From assembly GCA_040954595.2 (NCBI GenBank), contig CM082596.2, forward strand, positions 904,736 to 968,735: DNA of 64,000 bases, in the 5' to 3' direction. A program made the translations under genes and the position numbers. Of the stretch, positions 1 to 13,079 are shown in pieces. The notes beneath the pieces are model-generated. The model searched no databases, was not told the DNA's origin, and saw nothing but the letters and a program-made list of their open reading frames with translations. This DNA comes from Balanoglossus misakiensis. Its lineage: Eukaryota > Animalia > Hemichordata. The first letter of the stretch is position 1. Each line of letters opens with the position of its first letter.

Positions 1-229
1 TGACAAAGTTTAGTGATCACTATATGTGCAGTTATGATCAAAACACCTTTGCTGGACTATCAAGGCTGTTATCACAGAACTGATTTTTAAACAAACAGAA
101 ACAAGTACAAGACTGCATGATCTTAGGCACAGTACAGGTACATAGTAATCCTGAAGCAGAAAAACAAACACTTGACCAGGCTGAGTCTATCTAATCTCTC
201 AAAGAGTGAACCAATTACAAGAATCTTAC

Positions 230-255
230 CTAGGTTTGCGTCCTGCCTGTGCCAT
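230..255 (-). CDS. PDE1: Candidate internal alternative first exon of a short PDE1 isoform
   Basis: atcATGG Kozak context; ATG GCA CAG GCA GGA CGC AAA CCT AG|GTAAGA gives MAQAGRKP(R). Strong donor, with the same phase 2 and the same AG ending as the DETR exon. Confidence 0.5.
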
Positions 256-1494
256 GATCGCAAAACTAATCTATGAACTGGACGAGTACTGGTTATGCTT
301 GCATGCTGTTGTTATTGACCGGCCCTCTGAGTGACTGTCACTGGTTTCGGTTCAGTGCCAATGAACAGTGGACTTTACAACCACCACACAGTACACTGGT
401 CGTACACATAAGGATCTAGCGAGGTCTAGTGAATTTCTTAGTGGAGGGGTCGAGGTTTCAAGGGGGAGATATCCCATATACTCACTGATGACTCATAAAT
501 CACAAAGTTTATGCATAGATACTAGTCGAAAATAAACACTGAACATCCTTGCTGATTATTAGATGTCTAATACAGAACCCAGGCTGTGCTGAAGTTTTGT
601 CTGTTTTATTACCTAATTCAAAATTCCACCCCTTTGCATTGACTTCAGCCCTTGATGTTTGCCTTTTTAATAAGTATCACATTTAAAGACTATGTCCCCT
701 GGGGTAGGTTGATAACAACCTGGTTTTGACTGAAATCTAACAATGGCGGCAGGTTGATGTCAACCTTTCTTCCAGTTAGCCATTGTTATCGCCTAGCAAC
801 CAAGTGGTTGTATATCTTCAGTGTTTATGTATGGGTGAGAAAGGGGGAGGGGTGACTACTTAACAGCCAATGGCATCTGAGATAAAGTGCCAGTACTGTT
901 CTTGTGTATTCATGTAGTAATGTTTAATTTGATTCAAACAGAGAGTCATTTATATAGGGCTATCTAGCTAGTACTTTGGAGGCGGACTCATATTAATTGT
1001 GAACAACTATTATCTCAAATTGTGAAATTTGATCAAAATTTCCACCATAAAGGCATCATCAACAGTCATTCAGCTAAGTTCTAATCAAAATATCATTCCA
1101 CTATTTTTGCCTGGGACTCATTGAAATTGTGCTTCCAAACAGAGTGTATTTAATGCGATTCACCTACATGTACGTAAGTCTAAATTGAGTGCCAGCATTT
1201 GGCAAGATATGCAAACAGCGCCGCCACTGGCCATTTGTAACTGTTCAGTCAAACTTCACTGAGTGTGAAGTACGGTAGCAGTAGCTATAAGGATTTCTCA
1301 TCTATAATGATAGTTTCACTCTGACTAACCAATCATATTCCCCAAGAACGCGCCTCACTCTGGGGTAACCAATCAAAACAGCCTAAGCACAAAGCCAACA
1401 AATCTGAAGTCACGATCGTAAATATAACTGTAGTGTTGGGACGTACACATGGGATAGCGATGAAGACTGTAGCTATGACAACAAAATCACTCAC

Positions 1495-1777
1495 CTTGTT
1501 TCATCAAGGTAGACTGCCTCTAAAACACTTGCTGCATATTCCAAATTTTTCTTGAGATCCGTTAAGGGAACATCTCCTTTGTCTATGTGGCGTACAAGAT
1601 ATCTTATCCTGGCGGCCGCTTTATCCACTGCTTCTGCTGTGTCTGTGTGTGGCAGATGTGCTGTTCCTAGATTCACCGTGCTGGGGTCTTCATCTTCTCT
1701 GCCATGTGTGCCTGTTGAACCAAAGGCCTTCTTAGAACTAGAATTGGATCGCTTGAAAACTGTAAAAGATTCAGTCC
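1495..1777 (-). CDS. PDE1: PDE1 (Ca2+/CaM-dependent cyclic nucleotide phosphodiesterase) internal exon, N-terminal regulatory region
   Basis: Translates (R)TESFTVFKRSNSSSKKAFGSTGTHGREDEDPSTVNLGTAHLPHTDTAEAVDKAAARIRYLVRHIDKGDVPLTDLKKNLEYAASVLEAVYLDET(R). This matches the PDE1 signature RLRSLVKQLERGEASVVDLKKNLEYAATVLESVYIDETR (recalled, human PDE1C). Donor AG|GTGAGT at 1495/1494, phase 2. Acceptor ttttttttcatttcattttaaag| at 1778/1777, with an in-frame alternative ttttacag| at 1760/1759; both are phase 1. Confidence 0.93.
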
Positions 1778-2057
1778 CTTTAAAATGAAATGAAAAAAAA
1801 AGGGCAAATAAAAAAGCATGACGAGCACCCTCACCCTATGCAGCTAGAAATGAAATTCAAATTATGACAAAATTATAAATAGCGATAATCATAATTACAC
1901 CCATGAAATTTAAGAACCATGAAAATAAGAGCATGAAGCATGCAAACCCAATATTGCATGCCATCAAAATTAGTTATGATCCAAAAGCCATGATTAGAAA
2001 TAAAACATACAAGTTAATTTTACCTCAAAGCAGCCAAGTTCTGAATCTTTTTGTGAG

Positions 2058-2233
2058 AAGGAAAAAGTACCAGTAACTTTTGATGATGTTGACAGAATTT
2101 TTTATATCAACAATGATTTGATTACTCACTGCATTGTACATTCTTGTTTGACAATTCTGGGAAATATAATTCAGAAGCCAACAAAACAAACTGATGATTA
2201 AAGAAACATCAAAAGTTACTGTTACTGTCCCTT
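2058..2233. mobile_element. ~175-bp inverted-repeat MITE relic
   Basis: CAGTAACTTTTGATG (2071-2085) is the exact reverse complement of 2207-2221. Pairing extends imperfectly outward to AAGG...CCTT termini. Confidence 0.5.
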
Positions 2234-4787
2234 TTATAGGTAAGTGGATTTTAAAGTTTTAAAAGAATGTTAAATATTTAAGGCAAAGCATTTTCCCCAA
2301 TGCATGGAAGTATGGATGGATGATGATGATGAGAAAACAACCACACAGACCAAAACAAGCGTTGACAACCAAAGAGTTTCAGTCCAGAGAACCAAGTTAC
2401 TTTGTATTTATTGCAGCAGAGTACTTGTGATGTACTCAAACATTATCCAGACTGAACCTTCAGGTCCGTGAGGGCGCTTTGCATTTTCAACCACGTCCAA
2501 TCATGAGTGGTGACATGAATATACGGCGCCACCTCATGGCATTTAAATATTTTGTGAATCATTCTTTGAGTTCAAGAATGTTCGCATATGCAAATATGCA
2601 AACCCTGGAATGAAATGTTCTAGAGACTTCAGATGCTGTGATATCGATACAAACAACAAAACGTGGGTGAACTTGTCTTGAAATACATGTAACTGGTATT
2701 TCTATATTTGTTCACCTGTGCCGTTTTGTTTGCACCTCTGTTCATTTTAACTGCAGGAAGTCTTTTACAGACTTGAAGTATTATGCTCATTGTGTTATTC
2801 ACTAAGAAGCAAGCTAGTCCTTCACATGAAATATATTAAATAGGAAATGTAAGTGTCAATTATTATGAGTTATTACGCATTACTTGCATTATGAGAGAAC
2901 ATTAATGATAATGGTCAGCAAAATTAATCTGTTCAAATGGCATGTACATGTACATGTATGTTAGTCTTGTTACATTATCTAACATTTACAGATGTTAATT
3001 TAAACAGGCATATTTTGGGGATATTGCAATACAATACCTTATAAGCCATTAGGCCACACTCCCAGCAGGACCAATAGATCATGAATATGAGAGTTGAAAA
3101 CTGTTGACAAATAGTCTGTCTGATTGATAGAAAATCAAGATATTTAGATTTTTTAGCCTATTACTCTCCACAGATCATTTTCAAAATATATACGTTCTAG
3201 CTTATCAGTATTGTGTCCATATATATTTTCTAATTAATGCATTGTCCCTATTAGTTGTTATAATTACAAAACACCCATACTTCAGGGCAGGAATTATAGC
3301 CGGGGCTAAAAGACAGAACGGAAATGGAGTCTGACTGAGAGGGAGCTAGTTCCATCCAAAGATTTGCTACTTTCAATCTACCCGTGTTTCCATCAACGTT
3401 CCATCACTGTTGTTGTTTTTTTGTTTCTGAACACTTTCCTTTTCACCCACACACACACAAAATCACTTTAAAGTGAACGGGCAAAGACGTTGTCACAAAA
3501 GCTGGTGATTGTTTGTCAAGGGTTAAACGCATGTCAGCGTTGAAGGAGTACAGATATACACTGCAGGTCAAAAAAAGTCAACCCCTACTGTGACATGATG
3601 AATGGGACGGCCTTTAGTTATTAGCAGATGTCTTTCTCATTCTCTGATTCTCTGGCAAAATTTTCTTTGATGTCTAAGACTGAACCGGCATGTACCTATC
3701 GCTAAATGTTTGACGTGAGAAATCAGTTGCTTGGCATTTCAAGCACCGTAAGTGGTCAAGGAATGTCTTGATCAATTGGGAACACTACACAGATTTGAAT
3801 GATGAAGAACAGACTTAGTTTGAGCTTGTCAGTTGCAAACAGAAAGGCCGGCTGCTACACACTGTGAAGGAATCAAATCACAGCAAACATCCATTACTGT
3901 AACTCCTACATTTAAAGGTGTATATAAACATAATAAAGATTTGCTTCTTATCTGTATAAAAACAACCACAGACTGATTGATGTACATACTGTTTTCATCT
4001 TTATGAAGTTCAGAACTTATAATCCCCGATTATCTTTCATGTTAAGAATTTGAGACTAGTTTTCATGCTTTTAGGTCTGCTGATGTCAGAGTCTGCAGAC
4101 GGTAGTAATTAAAAGTTGACATTTCAGGTGAAAGATCATCCAGTTCTGTCAGTATATTGACGTAAAGTTTGAAACTTTAGATCACAACGAACAATTCTGG
4201 TTCCTGGAATAACAACATCTATAAATTTTGTCGTTAGTGACCTGAGTTCTTGACTTCAACAAATCACGACTGACTCAATCCTTTTATAGTGACTTGCACC
4301 AGCCGATATTTCTGCAGCTGAAAGATGAGTGATTGTTCCAGATGCAGTGATCCCCTCCTCACTGCCTCTCTCGAAAGACATTTCTGCACAGAAAGACACC
4401 AGGCCTCTCCTTCTGCTTATCTGATCGGCTGCCAGGGTGAAACATGTGATAATCACAGTCACTGTTCAGATTCCAGGGTTGATGAACAGAAATTAAATTA
4501 TCTCCTGGCACGGTGACATTCTCTCCAGCTCCGCAAAATCCTAACCTTCCATATACTGAGTCTGCATGTTATCAGACAGTACAAGAATCCCACAATTTTC
4601 AGAACCCTTTTCCAGAATATCAATCATAAAACAAGCAGCATGAATGACAAAGAATTTCATGTATCCCAAGTCATGTCCAAAACTCACAATTTGCAATTCA
4701 GGTTAAAGATATAGTAATGCCAGCTATGAAAATTGAAAGTTTAGACTCCATAAAGTATTTTTGTTTCTTTTGTAAATATTATCTTAC

Positions 4788-4850
4788 TTGACAAATGTCC
4801 ATTTCTGGAATAGACCGCAGAGTCGTCCTTTGCAGCTCTTTCATTGGCAA
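4788..4850 (-). CDS. PDE1: PDE1 63-nt internal exon
   Basis: Acceptor ttttttgttttctgttttatttccag|, donor CAA|GTAAGA, phase 1 to phase 1. Translates (V)ANERAAKDDSAVYSRNGHLS(R/I). VANE matches ...SFTIVANE in the PDE1C long isoform (recalled). Joins both flanking exons in frame. Confidence 0.87.
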
Positions 4851-5567
4851 CTGGAAATAAAACAGAAAACAAAAAATAACATTTTCTGTCAAATTTTGTT
4901 CCCCAGTTCTGATTTTACTATATCTCTACCATAAGACGATATTGTTATAGGTGTTGCATTGTGGGTAGGTTTGAAGCAAGGACGTGTGCAAAGATGGAAT
5001 TTGTTGTAAGACTATGACTTTTGACTGCCTAATGTTTGACCCCTTGACTATAACTATCTATGTTAATCTGCAATGTATGTGTATACCAAACACTGCATGG
5101 ATGTCATGCCAGAGATTACTAGCACACCAGGTTTTTACAACGTGTAATTCATAATGACACAGGAATTTTCTGGTGTTCTCTACAGCAGAATGGGACTTAC
5201 ACGACACAAGAAACAAAAAAGGAAATGAATAAATAGTACTAATGAAAACTTAATGATGCATCTAATTTTCAAGCAGTGACCTTATTGCAGAATAAGGTGA
5301 AATCCATTTACAACGTTTAGGTCTCTTTAAGGCTGTACTTTGCTCTAAGGCATGAACTTGATTTAGTCAGTCACTCTCATTTTTCTTCTGTGCAGTCGTT
5401 ATACATCTAATGATTACTCACTAGGTTTTGAGTCAGTATCATTTGATGACACAATATTTATGTCACTACTTGAGTTTATCAGATTATGTGTTATCAGTGT
5501 TGAAAAACTACCACAATTCACATAAAATTCAGGAGATAATTATTTCATCATTTGGAGGGCAGGGTGT

Positions 5568-5663
5568 TTAACCTTTTCTTATCATCAGCATTTGGTTTTG
5601 ATCCTACTGTATTAAATGGCTACGGCTGGACCTATCTACACCAAATGGGGTTAAAAAGGTAAA
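5568..5663. mobile_element. Diverged copy of the same short TTAA-type MITE family
   Basis: TTAACCTTTT...AAAAGGTAAA ends; similar by eye to the reverse complement of 20926-21018. Confidence 0.35.
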
Positions 5664-7179
5664 CCTGTACTGCACAAGTGCTTAATTATATGCCATTTTC
5701 AACCCAAATAGACCTTAACACCATGCCATCAATTGCAATCACAAATGTATGTACATACATGTTTTGGAGCTAGAGATTGCAAAAAGCAATCTATATTATG
5801 GGGATTTGGCAAAAGAATCCGAAATTCTGTCAAAACACCCTCTCAGCATGGGAAGTTGTAGGCTTTTAGTTGATGAGATTTCTGTTCACATAACAGTCGG
5901 GAAGTGTATTCAAGATGGTGTCGAGGGGAAAAAATCGCTCACGCAAATATTGAGGAACTTTGCGAGAAAAGGAAGCATTTACACTGCTGGTTACACATGT
6001 ATTATTCTCCATTTTGTTTAAATCACAAACACAGGCAGGTCTTGCAGATTGATTCAAGCATGCCACTCTGTTTGCAAAATGATGTCAGCTGGTTCAGCAT
6101 ACAAACTGCGCAGCTTGACAGATTGCTTGCTTCAGGCTATTTTCCACCTTCTTGCTTAAACTCAACACATGATAAAACATCACCAGGCGATAAGTCTTTC
6201 AATGCTACATTTGTACATTTGCTTTATCATCTGATCATATTTCTAATATTTCATTGGCAGTAAATGTAAAATTTACGAATGATATTAAAACAAAACTCAC
6301 ACATGGCCGGGAACATCCAATATTCCACATACGGTCACCTTCAATTTGCCATGGTAACTGCATGTGGCTATATTTGCATAGGTGACCGTATACCTTTAAT
6401 CCTGGCACCGCTGTGTTTTATGAATCAAAGTACTTGTGACCTTGTTTTTGTTTTGGGCTGAAAGTATTTCTTGCAACAGAACCTGACCATGTCACATATG
6501 ATGTATAGTTCGAGGACATATGGGACAAGGATGTTTTAAGTATTCATTAAGAGGAAACACTCAAGTTCTCAAAACACCTGCTCTGAATCTGACTGACACA
6601 AAGAAATTCACTTCTAGATCAGCTTACTGGTTTATCAGATTTAAACACTGTGTCATATTAGCCTACATGTCACTCATTAACCTGATGACCCCCCGATTCC
6701 CAATGGTATAGTCCCTGACACTTGGGAAACAACTGGGGATATTGTATGTCACTGGCAATCAAAGGGGTGATAGGTTATCACACTCGGGAGCCAGTGATCC
6801 AAACTATTTTGCTTGAAATTTTCTGAATATTCCATGTGAAAAAAGGGTTAGCTTTCATAATTGTCAGGATAGGTTCCTTGCCTGTACAAGTACATGTACA
6901 AGTTTGTACGTGAGAAAACTTTTACCAGTCAAGGACATAGCCCGTGGGGCATTGATGTTTATGGTAAATCACAAATTTTCCGTGAAAACTATTCCTACTG
7001 TACACAATATCTAAATATAGCCTTTGTAATTAGCACTATCTATAGTGACACACTTTTCAATTTATCTAGGGGTTATTAAATTGCTCAGGAAATGTGAGAA
7101 TTGCACATTTTTAATTGGAAATTGGGCCTCTGAAGACTTTGGAATATCTTTTTATAGAGACAATTTTGAAAATACAGAA

Positions 7180-7284
7180 TTAAAGGGAAAGAGATATTAT
7201 TGGAACCATTTATTTGTCCTTTTTTCAGATGTTTATTACCACACAAGAATCTATGACAAAAAGTTGGCAACTCTTTCCCTTTAA
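7180..7284. mobile_element. 105-bp TTAA-flanked (Kolobok-like) MITE relic
   Basis: Perfect 14-bp inverted ends TTAAAGGGAAAGAG and CTCTTTCCCTTTAA, including the putative TTAA target-site duplication. Confidence 0.6.
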
Positions 7285-9369
7285 TATAGTAAGTGGGGAT
7301 AGCCACATTTGGTGAGCTTCAATTTTCTAATATTACCTGTCCCCAAGGCCTGTTCGCCATTTACGAGAAGCCTGGGCATGCCAGCAAAATCTCTTAAAAG
7401 GAAAAAACAATTGGTTTGTTAATTTGAACAGTTGTGACCTTCTAACTTTTAGTAACTACGTATGTGTGCGTCATCAAGAGTCCACATGTGGAACACATCC
7501 ATTATTCAATGTTGTCTGATTCATGTTAACAATTTAGTTGAACACATGTTGAAGTGGACTAGCTGTCCCGTGTAAATTCTCCGTCTCTGACAAACTGCCA
7601 CCAACTGTGAAATGAAAGTAACATCTCAACTCATTAAACTTCCTGCTGAAGTACTTCGTCTCTCTGCATCATTAGCCTGGTTCACATTATACAGTTTTAT
7701 GTCAGTCCTGTGCTGGTGCTGGTTTAAAGCCCCAATAGATGACAATTTTAGGATATATCTTAATCAATAAAATAGTTCAATCTCCTCCTTATCCTTTAGC
7801 CGACAGACGACACCATTTTGAATTTGTATGGCCAGGCAATCAATATGGCAGGACATTCACTTATGTGATACAGAACAGACAATCAACACGTACATCATCC
7901 ATTGTGTTTATAAACGACACAAAAGTTACAATTTTTATTGAACGCTGCACCTATTCTAGTTTCATACAAAGCTTGACTTGCATCACTTTGCTAGCATCCC
8001 GTTGCTATGGTACTAATAACAAAGTCTTGAAAGATCGCGCAATGAGTGGAAATAAAGATATATACCCTTTGCAAATCTCTGCAATGATTGCATAAAAAAT
8101 CAGTGAAATCAAGGCAGATTTCACCAATATTCCAGCGAAAACACCAGAGATACTGCAGCCATTCAGGTATTAAAAATAACCATAAAAAGACTACACTGTC
8201 GGTTGTCTGTAGACAAAAAACATGTTCACAGACTAAGTAATTGGATGCGTTCCCAGCATGATTGGTGGCTTTTTATTTTAATTTGGAGACGACTCACCAG
8301 GATTGACCCTGTAGAATTAACCATGGGGTCATTACATTCTCTGCATCAATTTCCATCATGCTGATATACACAATTTCCTACCAGCATCATTGCTATCAAT
8401 TATCATTAAAGAAATGCGAGGCATCTGAGTTATCAGTGATATGAATGAAAGAGCAAAAGTATGCCTTTTTGTTGTCAAAGTAAAAGAACAGTGTCTATAA
8501 GGTGATGCATGCAGCAGTTCTCAAGTTTTTGCAGTGCAGATTATTGTACATATTTCCATCAGATTAAGCAATTTCTTCTTTTGATGCATTCAAAATTTCA
8601 GTATTCATATTCCCGAGGAAAAATATGAAACAGTGATATATTGAACCCATGTGGGCTGTTACAAAAGAAATCTCATTTTCTTTTCTTTACACAACCTCAA
8701 ATAATCTTGCTACTGGAATTGCAAATTATATAAGCTGTTTAGCCTCTCAAATCCTGTAAGATGGGATTATGACAAATAGAGTTTACATTGATATAATTGG
8801 ACCTGACAGTAAATAGTCATGTTCTAATACCACTGGATGAGTGTAAAACAAACATTGCCTGCATGCTTGATAAATTATCATTCTCTGTGGTGGTTCTCTT
8901 ACTTGGAGAACACACCGCATGTGATCAATAATGGTGACAATCAGAGAGATATATTTCCCCAAGAGCTAATGTTCCTGCAATGCGTTGTAAACTATCACTA
9001 CACGGCTATTTTGTATTCATGCAAGAAGTAGTCAAGGTTACTGACAAGGGTATACCGGTACAGTCACGTCTTATGACCAGCTAAAAATTAAATATTGCTG
9101 CTATATTTGTCACTGTTCATCTGTATCATTACAAAAATATCATCACAACATTTGATTAATTGATCCCAAGATATTAATTGCAAAGTCTGTAATTACAACA
9201 GGGAATTACATTAAGAAAATAAATTACAAATTTAGTGTTCCATACCACTGACCGTTGCATCATAGTGTTTTTAGAAGGAAAAGTTAGACATTCCTATCTT
9301 TTTATAATTTATTTCCCCTTTTTCTTAAGCTATCTGCATGAGGTGTATAAGTTTGTTTACTGACAAATG

Positions 9370-9411
<42 letters not shown>

Positions 9412-9446
9412 TATCATCATCATCATCATCATCTTCTTCTTCTTCT
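9370..9446. repeat. Compound microsatellite (CAT)n-(CTT)n
   Basis: About 21 CAT units with one TAT interruption, followed by a short CTT run. Confidence 0.95.
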
Positions 9447-9864
9447 TTTTTCTCTCCATTTTTCATTAATAAAGAGAATTATTCATTTGGTTTAAACTAG
9501 TAGTGCACTATGCCTGTATGGTACTGCTAATCTTTAAAATCATAAACAATAAATGATGCACGATTGAGAGATTTTCTAGCACAGTGATAACAAGCAAAAT
9601 CTTTTTAATCCTCAGAGTTATTTTTCTCAAGTCCTATTTCAGAGAGAATGGAAAGACCCTTGCAGTCACTATTCTGCAGCTCACCATGGAAACCATACAT
9701 GCACTTGAGGAAGAGCGATTACATTACAGACTGACGTAGATGTAAAGCAGTTGGGATCACATCCAGGACCCTACAATGAAATGACCCCCTACATGTAGCT
9801 ACACTTATTCCGATTGGAAATGTTAAAAAGAGAAAAAAAATGCAACAAATGAGAAGAAATTCAA

Positions 9865-9915
9865 GTTGTCATGGCAACTGAGATAAATTCTCCCATCAGT
9901 TATTGCCATGGCAAC
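9865..9915. promoter_or_regulatory. Tandem RFX X-box pair
   Basis: GTTGTCATGGCAAC (9865-9878) and ATTGCCATGGCAAC (9902-9915), each one mismatch from the palindrome GTTGCCATGGCAAC. Confidence 0.55.
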
Positions 9916-12067
9916 AGCTACTTAAGTCTCTAAAGCTCTGCAGAAAGGCATGTGTTTCACAGATGAAGGAAAGCTTTGAAATTCAGATAAATAAGGTAAC
10001 ATTAGATGCATACGTCAGAGTGGATAAGACCGTAATATTTCAAATGGAGTGGAAATAAATCGCCATTCAAGGGTGACACGGGGAGATGTAGGGAAGAGGA
10101 TGGAAAGAAAATGTCTGAAAGTAGAGCAGTGCTTCAGGAAGGACAGAGAAATATAAATGTGTGTGAAAGTAGACTAATAATTGCTCCTGTTAAAATAGCC
10201 ATGTATTCACAAATGATAGTAATCACAGACTATCATTATTTGTTGAGTTGGGGTATACAAGCTACTGGACAAATTCTACTCGGAGGCCTGGGTCTTGCAC
10301 AGCACTGTCTGATGAATTTACAAATCCATTTGAAAACAAACAGCAATTTCATCTTGAGTAATCTTGTACAATCATTTGGTGAAATTGGATATACTCTTCC
10401 ACATGTGTTCCACAGAATAATATATTGTTCACAGTAAATACACATAAATCTATATAGGTCATCCAAGTCGTTTGTAATGTCATCACATGTAAAATCTCAT
10501 GATATACGGCGCAAACATCATGTATTATTTATTCATAATCACCTCTGAGATTCAATATGACTGTAAAACTTACAAGGATTTATTTCACACTACCGTGAAT
10601 CTCTGTTGTCTATCAACAGTGTCCAGAGTAATCACTGGAGAATAACCGAAGAACCTGGATGCCGATAGAGCTCGGCTGTGATATTTGACACCAAAGGATA
10701 TGGGAAATGTTTTTGAAGATTTTGGAGGAATTAAAAGTTGACAGCGCAGTTGACTTAAATTGTTTAAAAAGAAAATGCCTTTATTAAAATTTCCAAGTTT
10801 TAATATCAATTTGACAATTGTGTAAAGGCTACTATGCGGTTGATGACAAGTCACCTAACAGGCATTCTTAATCTCCTCCCCAGCCATGATCTCGTCTCAT
10901 ATTCTGAATAACCAGCAACACTATTCAAACTATTCCTCCAGGGGGAGCCATTTGTTTCCACGGCAACACAGGCCAAAGGAGATCATTATGGAAATGAAGG
11001 TGATGGGATGATGGCAATAATGAAGTGTGGAACAGTAATACACGGGTGGCATAATTATGGTGGTTTGTATACGGATATGTACTACCTCTTTTGATGAATC
11101 TATATGGCTGGAATGGGCAAGTGGTGAAACGCTGTGCGAATAGAGCCATTTATCACTTTATCATCACATTTAAGTCATACTTGATATTGAAGTATTCATG
11201 GAATGTATGAGCCACTGTATTAGAATGGCTTAATGCATAGTGGTGTGTATATATGTCTGTCTACTTACAAGAAACAGAAGGTTGTGGGGGAGTAGAATGA
11301 GATTACTAAGAACAAATTATAACCTGTGTGATTATCATCTCCTGTATTCTGAAAAAATCACACCATCTTTTATGACCAAGTTTCTCAATATACCGTACAT
11401 GTATATGTGTACGGCACACCTGCATTGTGTTCAAAGATAGAGAGGGGGATTCAAGAGAGGGGTTGAGAGTAGAATGAGAGAGAGACAGAGATAGAAAGCC
11501 AGACATATACATGTATACAGACAGACAGGGTGGGGGAGGAGGGAAGGAGCTCAATAGAGAGTAAAAGTATATGCCCTGAACTGATTCAGAGAGTAATTTC
11601 AGCATGGGCATCACACCATGATTATTTCCTCAAATAACAACTGAATGTCTGAGAATCTTGGAATCTTTTCCTTTATTGCACTTTGATTTATCCCTGACAT
11701 AAGCCTTTAACTCTTGGCAGGAACGTAAATCCATGCTGGACTAATTGCCATATAAGTGACACATTGCTTTGACATATTTCCTGTGATGTCTATATCACCT
11801 TCATGCCTTGTAGCCATTTCTTTGTACATGTATTCAAACCTGTTCTTTTCTAAAATGCTGAAATTTTAATGACAATATACTGATATGGCATAATGCACTC
11901 ACATTTTAAAGACTAACGGCTTAAAACCATTACAGCTCCATTAACTCTGTCCTTCAAGAGCTTATTAAAACTTAATGAGTGTCTAAACCCTTCCTTAAAT
12001 ACTTCTCATACGCAATGAGTTTTCCTTATTTACATTACTTCTGATTTTAAGACACAACTCTGATTTT

Positions 12068-12225
12068 ATGGTTTCTCAGACAGAGAATGGCCTTCCCATT
12101 AAGAAGAGATGCAATGCGATAATACCTTGTTATACAAGGCTTTGAATTCTAATACCATTGAATGTAAACCGGAAGGTTATAAAGAAAGAAGAGCTTCCTC
12201 ACTATGAATCTTAAACTTTATTTAT
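12068..12225 (+). pseudogene. Possible decayed Myb/SANT ORF2 of the same Harbinger element
   Basis: Fragments VSQTENGLP..., QCDNTLLYKALNSNT and ELPHYES weakly recall the Harbinger trihelix pattern (QCxNK...YK...PxYEE). Lies on the opposite strand, convergent with the transposase relic. Confidence 0.25.
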
Positions 12226-13079
12226 AGTACTGTAGGGAAAGACATTTCCTTGTGGTACCCATTGGTTTGCAAATGAGGATATTGAAGGGATTTGAAGATT
12301 ACTCTAGCTGACAGACCCGATGATACTTAATGTTGTCATTTTCCCACTAGATGGTCTTGATGAGATATACTTAATGTAAAGAGTGGTTACCACTTATGGG
12401 AAGTGTAGTTTTTGAATATTTCAGATGGTGAATCTTTTCTGTCTGATATCCTGATACTAATTTTGTCATCACTATCTGGCACTCAATGTCAATGGCCTTT
12501 TACTGCACCAATCAAAGTAGTGAGAGTTGCAATCTGATATCTCCATCCTGCTGCAAGTGACGTCATTTATGTATATTTTTGGATCATTTTGGATAATTGC
12601 AAATTGGCAACATCATGGCTATCATCTGACATATCCTGGTATTATGTATTTTTAAAGAGGATTACAGCTATCATTCTCATTATCAAGACTCAAACCCAAA
12701 GGGGTCACTTTACATCAATTATGCTTCTAAAAAATATTGACTTTTCTGATCATATGTATCAGAAATTTAAACAGCTTGTACTTGACCATGAAAGTGTTTG
12801 GCTGCATGATCAATCAGTTGGTACAACATGGATACCATGCATCACAACAAGAATTATGCAGATTACATATTTGCAATCAATAGACATTCTTGATTGATAC
12901 TTATAAAAAGGGGGATCCTGAATTGCATTGGTTCAACAATAAAATCAACCATGTTCAGTGAAATGTTTGAAAGTTATGAATATACAACTTCAACATATGA
13001 AGTATTGCATACGTATTACAGTTGGTTGAAATATGGTACTATCCCTGTATCCTGAAGTCTCTAATCTGTTTTTTTCATT

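Noticed and set aside
1491-1676. Track ORF treated as a complete 61-aa protein
   Set aside because: It starts at an internal GTG and its stop lies within the GTGAGT donor; it is part of a spliced exon.
1552-1788. Plus-strand 78-aa ORF resembling a signal peptide
   Set aside because: Antisense shadow of the PDE1 exon.
2941-2958. Recurrent TACATGTA/CATGTA motifs throughout the window
   Set aside because: Treated as a genome-wide simple motif common in several marine invertebrates, not a locus-specific signal.
8298-8359. Good GTGAGT donor with an upstream ATG
   Set aside because: The ATG-led frames end in phase 0 or 2 and do not fit the next exon (phase 1).
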